Assembly: GCA_965612735.1 (NCBI GenBank)
Contig: CBFDSV010000005.1
Span: forward strand, 866 to 64,865
Direction of reading: 5' to 3'
DNA: 64,000 nt
Source: an uncultured bacterium
Lineage (GTDB): Bacteria > Hydrothermota > UBA3072 > B12-G15
In this document: positions 27,291-36,500 of the stretch, piece after piece
How the letters are laid out: the number at the start of each line of letters is the position of its first letter
How positions within the stretch are numbered: the stretch's first letter is position 1
Program-made: the position numbers and the translations under genes
Notes under the pieces: generated by a model
The model's input: the letters and a program-made list of their open reading frames with translations, nothing else
Databases searched by the model: none
What the model was told of the DNA's origin: nothing

Positions 27291-29485
27291 CTGACCTTTA
27301 TCACCTTTCCCCTTTTAATTTTGCTGCCTGCTGAGAAGACATAGAAATATATACCTGCCGGGTGGTCATCACCAAAACGTAGAAACAACTTTCTGGAACC
27401 TTCAACACGCACAACCCTTCTTCCAGTGGCGTCAAACATCTTGAAAGTAAACTTGCCCTTTGTATTTGCATAAAACGTGATGTATGCAGTAAATACATTT
27501 CTGGAAACCCTAAAAATAAATCTCCCCTCAGGTACAATCACAGTATCCCTGTTTATATATAACGGTGAGGGGATAACAACAACACCTATATTTATATTCT
27601 CTCCAAAGAGATTGCCTCTACGTGAAAAATTAAACGTCTCACTGAAGTATGTTGTATCACTAACAACGGGAGCCCTGCATATAAAGTTCCTGTAAAACGT
27701 CTGGCCAGGAAGACCATCATATCCTCCTGTTGGAACAGACGTTGAATCTATCCAGGTTAGTGAGTCAAAAAATGGGGATGGAGAACCTGTTACACAAAGA
27801 ACAAGTGAGTCAAAAGGTCCATAGCCTGCATTGTATGTATGGATGGAAACAGTAAATGTATCACCAGAATAAACCGTGTCCCGGTAATAAACACCATTCA
27901 CAAATCCATTGTAGAGATTATAATCCTCCGGATTTTCATGCATGTTAGCATAACTTGCTGTGTAACACCATCCATGAGTATTACCATCTATGTTTGGGAG
28001 ATAAACCCTTGACCAGCCTCCATCAATAGAATCAACCACAAAACACTGACCAAAGGCAAACTGGGTTATAACATTGTAGGAGGTAGAAGGACCTTCCCTT
28101 ACATTAAGAAGGGATGCAGTTATTCTCGCAATGGTATCACCTGTTGAACCCTTCAGATACTGGACACTTGTTCCATCCCCTCCATACATCCATCCATAGT
28201 AAGGGCCAGAAGCAGAGGGGAAATAAACCTTATACCAGTTCCCCTGCCTCATAAAGGCAACAAACTTCTGTCCCTGTGAGCCATAGGATAGAACTGGATA
28301 AGATGTTGATGGTCCGTCTCTTATATTCAGCCCACCTGCAACAACTTCAACAACATAGTGATGTTCAGGAGGTTCATACCATAGTTTTGACTCAATTGTG
28401 TTCCAGAGGTCATCATAACCATCATCATAACCCAGTGCCCAGCAACCAGCACCCTGGAGCATGCTGTCATTCACAATGTCTATCTTAAGGCCTATTGAAA
28501 CAGAGTCATCATACCAGCACTGATGCCAGCCATCTTCAGAAACATAGTAATTGTACCAGGGGGTCAGGGAATACGTATCCCATAGTCTTCCATAACTTGA
28601 GGCATTGGAAACAGCATACTTAAAAATCACTGCATTTCCACTTCCCCTTGTTGTAGACCCAATTTCACTGGTTTCAGTTGGCCAATCTATTCCATAGTAG
28701 GGCATTCCAAGAATCATCTTCTCCCTGTCAGCACCATAATCAATGTAATCACCAATTGTTGTGTTTATTGCATAGTATCCCCAGAAGGAAGAATTTACAG
28801 TGGGGGCAACAGGACCTGCTGTTGAAGAACCACTGTAGTGATAATCGTATCCCATTATAAACAATCCATCTGAATTATCAGAGAGATAGGCATAGTCATA
28901 TCCTGGATACCATGAAGGCACAGCAGGCATGGCAATATATAGTTCTTTCCTTCCATCAGGATGATGGATTAGCGCCTGGTAAAGGTCACTGATAAATTGT
29001 GAAAAACTATCTTTAACAGAGGATGTGACAAATTCAAAATCAATATTCGCTCCATCAATACCATATGCGGATATCAGACTTACAATACTATCAATGGCAG
29101 TTTGCCTTGCAGATGCATTGTTAAGAAACGTTGAAACACTCGTGCTTCCAAAGATGGTGAATGTCATGTCCACCTTCACTCCCCTTGGATGTGCATAATT
29201 CACAATACTTGTGAAATTGGAAGGATTGGGTATTGCGCCTGTCACTCCTGTACTGGGGTCAATACTGACAGAGAAATAGGCAATATGCGTAAGAAGATGG
29301 TACCTGAAATTTCCATAGGTTGATGTACTTACCCAGTATGGCAGATAACCGTAGTATGTTTTTTGAAGCCCTTTTCTTTGTTCTAAAGGTACATAAAAGG
29401 GCAAAGGCCTTCCAGATTCTGCAAATGGCCTGTATATAGAATCTTGATACTGGTGTATACTCAGCGATAAGAGGAGTAAAACCAT
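27287..29485 (-). CDS. Secreted GH18-like glycoside hydrolase with two bacterial SH3 domains and a T9SS C-terminal sorting domain.
   Basis: GH18-like catalytic block GIDGANIDFEF (a DxxNxDxE variant). Two SH3b-like segments (LNIRDGPSTSYPVL...WYKV; LNVREGPSTSYNVI...WSRV). C-terminal GIYFYVFSAGSKIKRGKVIKVR. Confidence 0.6.
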   Translation of the reverse strand: MVLLLLSLSIHQYQDSIYRPFAESGRPLPFYVPLEQRKGLQKTYYGYLPYWVSTSTYGNFRYHLLTHIAYFSVSIDPSTGVTGAIPNPSNFTSIVNYAHPRGVKVDMTFTIFGSTSVSTFLNNASARQTAIDSIVSLISAYGIDGANIDFEFVTSSVKDSFSQFISDLYQALIHHPDGRKELYIAMPAVPSWYPGYDYAYLSDNSDGLFIMGYDYHYSGSSTAGPVAPTVNSSFWGYYAINTTIGDYIDYGADREKMILGMPYYGIDWPTETSEIGSTTRGSGNAVIFKYAVSNASSYGRLWDTYSLTPWYNYYVSEDGWHQCWYDDSVSIGLKIDIVNDSMLQGAGCWALGYDDGYDDLWNTIESKLWYEPPEHHYVVEVVAGGLNIRDGPSTSYPVLSYGSQGQKFVAFMRQGNWYKVYFPSASGPYYGWMYGGDGTSVQYLKGSTGDTIARITASLLNVREGPSTSYNVITQFAFGQCFVVDSIDGGWSRVYLPNIDGNTHGWCYTASYANMHENPEDYNLYNGFVNGVYYRDTVYSGDTFTVSIHTYNAGYGPFDSLVLCVTGSPSPFFDSLTWIDSTSVPTGGYDGLPGQTFYRNFICRAPVVSDTTYFSETFNFSRRGNLFGENINIGVVVIPSPLYINRDTVIVPEGRFIFRVSRNVFTAYITFYANTKGKFTFKMFDATGRRVVRVEGSRKLFLRFGDDHPAGIYFYVFSAGSKIKRGKVIKVR

Positions 29486-29733
29486 CTTCTAAGCCAGATA
29501 AGCGCAACAATCATTAAAAAGAGTATGAATCCGACAAGGATGGTTCCAAAGGTCAACCTGAATCTGTCAATCTCTTTTGCCTTTGACTCCTGTTCTTTTT
29601 TTAATCCTGATAGGGTGTCAACAGTGCCTGATTTTAAGGTCTCTGCATGCTGTTCATACTGAAGCCTATGAATGGATTTAAAGCCCTCTGGTTTTTCTGC
29701 TGGCATTTGAAAAAGGAGTATAAAAACAAACAT
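29461..29733 (-). CDS. Small hypothetical membrane protein (90 aa) with a C-terminal TM helix.
   Basis: Single strongly hydrophobic segment (ILVGFILFLMIVALIWL). Same strand as the downstream GH18 gene, 25-nt overlap. No homology recognised. Confidence 0.3.
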   Translation of the reverse strand: MFVFILLFQMPAEKPEGFKSIHRLQYEQHAETLKSGTVDTLSGLKKEQESKAKEIDRFRLTFGTILVGFILFLMIVALIWLRRWFYSSYR

Positions 29734-29839
29734 ATAAAATTATACCAATGAGTAAGTCCATGTCAATTGGGGAACATATTTATGAATGTTTTAGATATCT
29801 GATGCCATATTTCCATTCCACAAGAGCATTCTTTCTCCA

Positions 29840-29867
29840 TTGACTTATATAGATACTTCTATATATT
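29840..29867 (+). promoter_or_regulatory. Sigma70-like promoter: TTGACT, 16 nt spacer, TATATT, upstream of the acyl-CoA dehydrogenase gene.
   Basis: The predicted TSS implies the real start codon is the ATG near 29894/29897 (behind RBS AAAGGAGGTG), not 29840. Confidence 0.45.
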
Positions 29868-31060
29868 ATTCAAAAGCAATGCCAAAGGAGGTGATGATGC
29901 ATCAGTATTATTCCTTCACTGAAGAAGAATTAATGATAAAAGAGGTAGCAAGGAAATTTGCTGAAGAAAGGGTTAAGCCTGTCAGGCAGGAACTTGATGA
30001 AAAGGGAGAGTTTCCTCACGACCTGATGAAAGAAATTGCAGAACTTGACCTCTTAAGGGTCTTTATACCTGAGGAATACGAAGGGCTTGGAATGGGAATT
30101 ATGGGGATGAGCATAGCAACGGAAGAGATAGCAAGGATTGATGGTGCTGTGGCCATATGCTATGCTGCTAATGGACTTGGTGCAACCCCTATTATTCTCT
30201 ATGGTAATGAGGAACAGAAAAAGAAGTATCTACCCAAAGTAGCATCAGGTGAAATGACAGCGGCCTTTGCATTAACAGAACCAGAGGCAGGCTCTGATGC
30301 CTCAAATGTGAAAACACGTGCTGTAAAGGATGGAGACCATTACATATTGAATGGTAACAAGATATTTATAACCAATGGTGGTGAGGCTGATGTCTATGTT
30401 GTTATTGCGTCAACCAGCCCTGAAAGGGGAGCAAGAGGGCTCTCTGCATTTATTGTAGAGAAGGGAACACCTGGATTTTCCTTCGGAAAAAAAGAGAACA
30501 AGATGGGGATAAGGGCATCTACAACAAGGGAACTCGTTTTTGAGGACTGTAAGGTACCAGCAGAAAATCTTCTTGGTAAAGAAGGTTTTGGTTTTATCAT
30601 AACAATGAAAACCTTTGATAAAACAAGGGTTGGGGTAGCAGCCCAGGCAGTTGGGATTGCACAGGGTGCATTTGAAGAGGCTGCAAATTACGCAAAGACA
30701 AGGGTTCAGTTCGGGAAAAAGATTATTGAGTTCCAGGGCATCCAGTTTATGCTTGCTGACATGGCAACACAGATTGAGGCAGCAAGGGCATTAACATACA
30801 CTGCTGCTCGTTATGTTGATAGTGGTGCAAAGGATGTTGCGAAGATTTCTGCCATGGCAAAGATGTATGCGAGTGATGTTGCAATGAAGGTAACAATTGA
30901 TGCAGTTCAGATTTTCGGTGGCTATGGGTATATGAAAGAGTATCCTGTTGAGAAGATGATGAGGGATGCAAAGATAACCCAGATTTACGAGGGAACAAAC
31001 CAGATTCAAAGGCTTGTCATCGCCTCACATATAATAAAAGAAGCAATAGGAACAGAGTAA
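29840..31060 (+). CDS. Acyl-CoA dehydrogenase (short/branched-chain, butyryl-CoA dehydrogenase-like). Probable true start at about 29897.
   Basis: ACAD N, middle and C domains. Catalytic-base region YEGTNQIQRLVIA near the C-terminus. Good RBS before MMHQYYSF. Confidence 0.9.
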   Translation: MTYIDTSIYYSKAMPKEVMMHQYYSFTEEELMIKEVARKFAEERVKPVRQELDEKGEFPHDLMKEIAELDLLRVFIPEEYEGLGMGIMGMSIATEEIARIDGAVAICYAANGLGATPIILYGNEEQKKKYLPKVASGEMTAAFALTEPEAGSDASNVKTRAVKDGDHYILNGNKIFITNGGEADVYVVIASTSPERGARGLSAFIVEKGTPGFSFGKKENKMGIRASTTRELVFEDCKVPAENLLGKEGFGFIITMKTFDKTRVGVAAQAVGIAQGAFEEAANYAKTRVQFGKKIIEFQGIQFMLADMATQIEAARALTYTAARYVDSGAKDVAKISAMAKMYASDVAMKVTIDAVQIFGGYGYMKEYPVEKMMRDAKITQIYEGTNQIQRLVIASHIIKEAIGTE

Positions 31061-31082
31061 AACCAGAGAAAAGGAGGGAAAA

Positions 31083-31712
31083 ATGAAGAAACTGTTCCTA
31101 TCCGCTGTACTCTTTGTCATCATGTATGGATGTGGTGGAGGCTCCCAGACATTCCTTGTAGAAATCTCTACTGGAACAGACGATGGTCATGTTTCTGCCC
31201 TTACCAAATTTTTACCCGATACTGCTTATGGTATGATACTCAACAACTTCGAAGACATGGGAGTAGGTGTCGCTACAAGTGGGGGTGGAGATACCCTTAC
31301 AAGCCGGGTGCTATACCGTTTCAATCTTTTGGATTGGGAAAATAGCGATGTTGTTCTTTACGTCTATTGTACCAGTATTATAGGGCAACCGGGCAGTGTT
31401 GAGGTTCTTGTTTTGAATGATTTTGGGAGCATTCCAAACTCATCGGGAACGCAACCTGAAGATGTTTCTCAATGGTGGTTCCTTGTTGATAGTGCAGAAG
31501 TTGCAGGTGAATTTACACCTGAGCAGGGAGAATGGAGTAGTGTGTCAATCTCCTCTTCCCTGATTGAAACCTACATAAGTGACAATAATTATGTTGGCAT
31601 TATTTTAAAATTAAAAAACGAAGATGTGGGACCAAATAATTTATATCAATTTGCAAGTTATGAATATGCAGAGAGTCACAACTCAGAAAAACCCAATATA
31701 GATTGGGAATAA
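31083..31712 (+). CDS. Hypothetical lipoprotein.
   Basis: Lipobox MKKLFLSAVLFVIMYGC. No recognisable domain. Confidence 0.5.
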   Translation: MKKLFLSAVLFVIMYGCGGGSQTFLVEISTGTDDGHVSALTKFLPDTAYGMILNNFEDMGVGVATSGGGDTLTSRVLYRFNLLDWENSDVVLYVYCTSIIGQPGSVEVLVLNDFGSIPNSSGTQPEDVSQWWFLVDSAEVAGEFTPEQGEWSSVSISSSLIETYISDNNYVGIILKLKNEDVGPNNLYQFASYEYAESHNSEKPNIDWE

Positions 31713-31716
31713 CAAC

Positions 31717-31749
31717 AAGGGGGCCTGAGCCCCCCTTTATTTTTTTATC
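31717..31749. terminator. Bidirectional rho-independent terminator between convergent genes.
   Basis: AAGGGGGC-ctga-GCCCCCTT hairpin flanked by A-run and T-run (TTTATTTTTTTA). Confidence 0.7.
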
Positions 31750-32441
31750 ATATAAATTCCATATAGCGCCATAAGCAAAGCGACAAGACCATATAAGGCC
31801 ATACCTGCTTCCATTGAGAAAACACACATGAGTGGAATTCCAAATGCTGCAATAAGCCCCATGATGAAAAATCCAGGTGCAATTATACCTGATATAAACA
31901 TTGCTATTCCAAGGGCATATCCCCACATTCCATAAATCAGGTCTCCACCTGCATATCCTGTTTTTACATAAACAAGGTTTGAAAGCACTATCATTGAGGC
32001 CATTACAACACCCCAGAATATTCCTATCTTTGGTGCAACAGAGGTTTTAGGAAGAGGCTTCAGCCTTCCCTTCATAATTCCATACCTGTAAAGGAAGGCA
32101 TAGTTAAAAATTGCACCTGCAACTATAATGGCAATCAGGATTCCACTGTTCACATGGGCAAAGTACCCAAGACCGAAGACCAGAGCAGAAAGTATGCCCC
32201 AGCAAAGGGTTGACATTCCCCAGCCAGCCACAGGTACAGTGGTGAGCCAGAGTGCGGGAAGTGTCAGCGGACCCCAGAGGAGTTTCCCAAAGAACATTGC
32301 AAGGATAATATTGATGAACCCATAAAAACCCCATACAACCATATACCATGCAAAACCCTTTCTTTCATTCCTCCCTCTGTCAATAAGAAGTTTAAGCACA
32401 TCAATTGTACTCAATAGTTCCTGGACTTTTTTTTCTTCCAC
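31737..32441 (-). CDS. Hypothetical polytopic membrane protein (about 7 TM helices).
   Basis: Highly hydrophobic throughout. Co-directional with, and 1 nt downstream of, a winged-helix regulator. Confidence 0.5.
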   Translation of the reverse strand: MEEKKVQELLSTIDVLKLLIDRGRNERKGFAWYMVVWGFYGFINIILAMFFGKLLWGPLTLPALWLTTVPVAGWGMSTLCWGILSALVFGLGYFAHVNSGILIAIIVAGAIFNYAFLYRYGIMKGRLKPLPKTSVAPKIGIFWGVVMASMIVLSNLVYVKTGYAGGDLIYGMWGYALGIAMFISGIIAPGFFIMGLIAAFGIPLMCVFSMEAGMALYGLVALLMALYGIYMIKK

Positions 32442-32777
32442 TTATTCCTCCTTCTCTGTCACGGATTTCAATATACTTTCAAGCACCTGAAGGTATCGTT
32501 GAAACCTTTCTTTCCCTTTTTCCGTAAGTTTGTAGTATGTTCTCGGTCTTCTCTTAACAAAGGTCTTTTTTACATTTATTATGCCTTCTTCCTCAAGAAC
32601 CCTCAGGTGTCTTGACAGGTTACCATCAGTAACATCAAGGGCTTTTTTCAAAGTTCCAAAGTCCGTTTCTCCATTACGGGCAAGAAATGTCAATATACCA
32701 AGCCTCACCCTTTCATGGATCACATTATCAAGTTCCTCATATTCTTCAGACATTTCACTCTTCGTCACTACTGCCAA
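32442..32777 (-). CDS. Winged-helix transcriptional regulator (PadR/ArsR-like).
   Basis: 111 aa. LTFLARNGETDFGTLKKAL...LSRHLRVLEEEGII...RRPRTYYKLTEKG is typical of a wHTH repressor. Confidence 0.6.
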   Translation of the reverse strand: MAVVTKSEMSEEYEELDNVIHERVRLGILTFLARNGETDFGTLKKALDVTDGNLSRHLRVLEEEGIINVKKTFVKRRPRTYYKLTEKGKERFQRYLQVLESILKSVTEKEE

Positions 32778-33444
32778 AATAAAAGTTTATAGAGGCATAA
32801 GGGGCTGAAAGTTTTACCTCTGGACCACCAAGAACCTGATGCCCATCATCCAGTTTCCAGTCAGGATGCTGTGGTGAATAAAGATAACCAACCTTCACAC
32901 CAAGCATAAAGAACTTACTCAACTTAAAAAGCACACCCGCACCTGCAGTGAAACACATTCCTCCAGCTGCAAGAGTTGCCCTTCTTCCAGGGTCAGTGAG
33001 GAGTGAATCAAAGGAAACATCTGAAAGAACCCTGTTCAGTTTCATGGTCATTCCAACACTGCCCGAGCCAACAGTGAGAAAACCATAAGAAAACTTAAAC
33101 AGAGGTTTTATGTATCCCACCTCAAAGAATCCGCCACTGTAGGAGAGTTCTCCGTGCATTGTACCGGATTCTGAAGTGAGTGTTCCACCAAAACCTCCTC
33201 CTCCAATAAGAAAACCATTTATAATACCATAACCGCTCCCGCCATTCACATAAACGGTGTTCTCAAAACCCGGAAGTTCAGAGGCAACAGCAGTATTGAT
33301 AGACGAGACACCTGGACGAACACCACCATAAAAAAATCCACCAAATCCACCAACAAGGGAAAACACAATCAAAACCATAACACCTCCTTTGTTTAATAGT
33401 TTACTTTGCGATACAAAGTATAATACAAAACAAAGTTTTGTCAA
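32755..33444 (-). CDS. Hypothetical glycine-rich secreted or outer-membrane protein. Probable start at the internal Met around 33378.
   Basis: Signal-like MVLIVFSLVGGFGGFF. Gly/aromatic-rich beta-strand-like composition. Confidence 0.35.
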   Translation of the reverse strand: MTKLCFVLYFVSQSKLLNKGGVMVLIVFSLVGGFGGFFYGGVRPGVSSINTAVASELPGFENTVYVNGGSGYGIINGFLIGGGGFGGTLTSESGTMHGELSYSGGFFEVGYIKPLFKFSYGFLTVGSGSVGMTMKLNRVLSDVSFDSLLTDPGRRATLAAGGMCFTAGAGVLFKLSKFFMLGVKVGYLYSPQHPDWKLDDGHQVLGGPEVKLSAPYASINFYFGSSDEE

Positions 33445-33478
33445 GGGGTTGGGGATGATTTTTTTCTAAGTTATTAAA

Positions 33479-33525
33479 ACACAATATATAGTGGTAATTT
33501 TAAAAAAAACCACAATATATAGTTG
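33479..33525 (+). promoter_or_regulatory. Tandem NrdR boxes (ACACAATATATAGTGG at 33479..33494 and CCACAATATATAGTTG at 33510..33525), spaced 31 bp apart. Box 2 overlaps the -35.
   Basis: Each matches the NrdR consensus acaCwAtATaTwGtgt at 13-15 of 16 positions. Phasing of about 3 helical turns. Located immediately upstream of nrdD. Confidence 0.65.
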
Positions 33526-33551
33526 ACAATCCCTTGCTTTCCCTTTATACT
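33523..33551 (+). promoter_or_regulatory. Strong sigma70-like promoter of nrdD: TTGACA, 17 nt spacer, TATACT.
   Basis: Consensus -35, 5/6 at -10, optimal spacing. RBS AAAGGAGG lies 4 nt before the ATG at 33574. Confidence 0.6.
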
Positions 33552-33573
33552 GGTTTTGAGAAAAGGAGGTTTG

Positions 33574-36500
33574 ATGGAGCGCTTTATCAGGAAAAGGGAT
33601 GGTTCTATAGTTCCCTATGACAGGGCAAGGATTATAAGGGCTGTGTCTAATGCAATGAATGCTGTTGGATGTAAGGGGGAGGCGGACGAAATTGCAAAGT
33701 ATGTGGAGATTCTCCTTCATAGATGGTTTTTCAGAAAAGGCAGTATTCCACATGTTGAAGAGATACAGGATATTGTTGAGAGAACCCTTATGGAAAAAGG
33801 CTACCCTGAGGTTGCAAAGGCCTATATTCTGTACAGGCAGAAAAGAAAAGAAGCACGGGATATCAAATCCACTGTTGAGGAAGCAGAAAACCTGATAGAG
33901 CAATATATAGCCCGTTCTGATTGGAGGGTAAAGGAAAATTCAAACATGAACTTCTCTCTTCAGGGTATGAACTTTTATATCTCATCCTCCATTACTGCAA
34001 GATACTGGCTTAATAGGATATACACAGAGGATATTAAAAGGGCCCACGATGATGGAGACTTCCATATCCACGACCTCGGGCTTCTTTCAGTTTACACTTA
34101 TTATGGCAAGGAAGTGGTGATTGTTAAAGACAGTGAGGGTATAAAACTTATCTCTTTTGAAGACCTTTACAACTCCTGCAATACTCAGGAGAAGCTGCTT
34201 AATGAAAGGGACGGCGCATATGCCAAGTATCCTGTTGATATTTATGTTTTGGATAAGGACGGCTGGACAAAGGTGAAGAGGATAGTGAAGAAGAAGAAAG
34301 ATAGATACATGCGATTTCTGAAAAACAGGGGTGGCAGGAGTGTGATTGTTACAGACAACCATCCCATAATCACCAGAAACGGTGAAAGGATGGCAAAAGA
34401 CGTTCAAATCCAGAAAGATGAAACATTTACAGTAGATATCCCTGCCCTTTTGAAGGATGAAAATCTTTTTGAAGAAAAGGAAATTGACCTTCTTCAGGAG
34501 ATAAAAAAATACAACTTTGAAGAGGAAATCCGGGAAAAAATCTATTTCAATGGTTTTCATATAAGTGAGATTGAAAATACCAGTGAAGACGGTTACATTC
34601 ATACACTTACTCAGTCTTTTCCAGGAAAAATTCCCTTGACTGAAGAACTTGGATACCTGATAGGGTTTATTCTGGCTGAAGGTTACCTTTCATACGATGA
34701 GAAGGCTCCGAGGACCGTCACAGTATCCCAGAAAGAAAGGGATATCCTTGCAAAGATAAACAAAACACTGGTTAAACTTGGCATCCCTGGTTGTATTAAT
34801 CGGAGAGAAGACCATAACGTTTATGAACTTGTTGTGAAAAATGTATTCTTCAGGTTTCTATTAGAAAAGGTCTTCGGGATAAGACCTGGAGCCAGGCATA
34901 AAACCCTACCGGTAAGAATTCTTCACTACGGTAAAGAATTTATTAAAGGTTTAATCGCGGGATTTATTGATGGTGACGGTTCTATAAGTTCTTCAAAAAC
35001 CACCATTGACGTAAGGATTTCCTCCAGAGCACTCCTTGAACAGATGGCATATCTTATGACTTTTCTTGGTATTACACCACGAGACAGAAATCTTGAAGGT
35101 GCTGGCAGCGTCAGATTTTATAAAGGGAGGGAGATACACCAAAACTTTCCCTTATATGGGCTCTCCTTTAGAAAAACAGATGTAGAACTCCCCTCTCAGA
35201 TCTTTCAAAAGGCTGAAAGGTCATCCAAGGCATGGCACGATGAGGATAGAAATGCCTGGCACATTGTTCTCAATAACGAAAAAACAGAAATTCCTGATGA
35301 TGTGATTTATGATATTACAACAGAGTCATCTACATTGATTGTTAATGGCATGTGGAATCATAATTGTGTGGGGTGGGACTTGGAGGCACTTCTCAGAAGG
35401 GGATTTGGTGGAGTTGCAGGAAAGATTGAATCAAGACCTCCAAGACACCTTAGAACTGCACTTGGACAGATGGTGAATTTCTTCTACACCCTACAGGGAG
35501 AGGCAGCAGGTGCACAGGCATTCTCCAATTTCACAACCTATCTTGCTCCTTTTATTCGGTACGACGGGCTTGATAGAAAGGGTGTGAAACAGGCACTCCA
35601 GGAATTTCTCTTCAATGTTAATGTGGCTACAAGGTCTGGATTCCAGACACCATTCACCAATATCACCATGGACCTTGAACCACCAGAAAATCTCAAGAAC
35701 AAAAATGTCATAATTGGTGGTGAAGAAAAGGGTGAAACCTATGGTGAGTTCCATGAAGAGATGGACCTCCTGAATGATGTATTTGCTGAGGTAATGATGG
35801 AGGGTGATGCCAAACAGAGGATATTTACATTCCCCATACCTACATACAATATCACTAAGGACTTTGACTGGAAGAATGAGAAACTGAAGAGTCTCTGGGA
35901 GATGACTGCAAAATTTGGTATCCCCTATTTTGCCAACTTTGTCCATTCTGATATGAAACCAGAGGATGCAAGGAGTATGTGCCCAATTCACGGAGACGAG
36001 ATGGTGCTTATCCGTTCAAAAAGGGGAAGGGGGCTTGAATACTCCTGCATCAGGAACATTGTGGAAGGTCATGCAAAAGAGAACACGTATGAAATATTCA
36101 GTCACGGGAAATTCGTCAGGGGAAGATTCAATAGGTTCCCTAATCAGGAGATGATACAAGTGGAACTTGCTAATGGACACACCTTAGTTATCTCAAAAAC
36201 ACATATAAACTTTGTAATGAGGAGCAGGGATTCAGAAATTGAAGAACTTACAGGTGCTGAACTAAAACCTGGCATGTTTCTTCCTTATTCCTTGAAAGCC
36301 TACAATGGTAAAGGGGGAAATAGAGACCTGGGATTTTTTGTTGGGGCATATGCTGGAGACGGCTCTTTTGATAACGACAAAACAGTGGTCTTTTCGTTGA
36401 ATAAAGACGACCGTGTACTGAGAGAGGAACTTATAAGAATAAGTGAAAAATACTTTGGGGCACACTATTCTATTATCGAACCTGAGGGGAAAGGGCTTCT

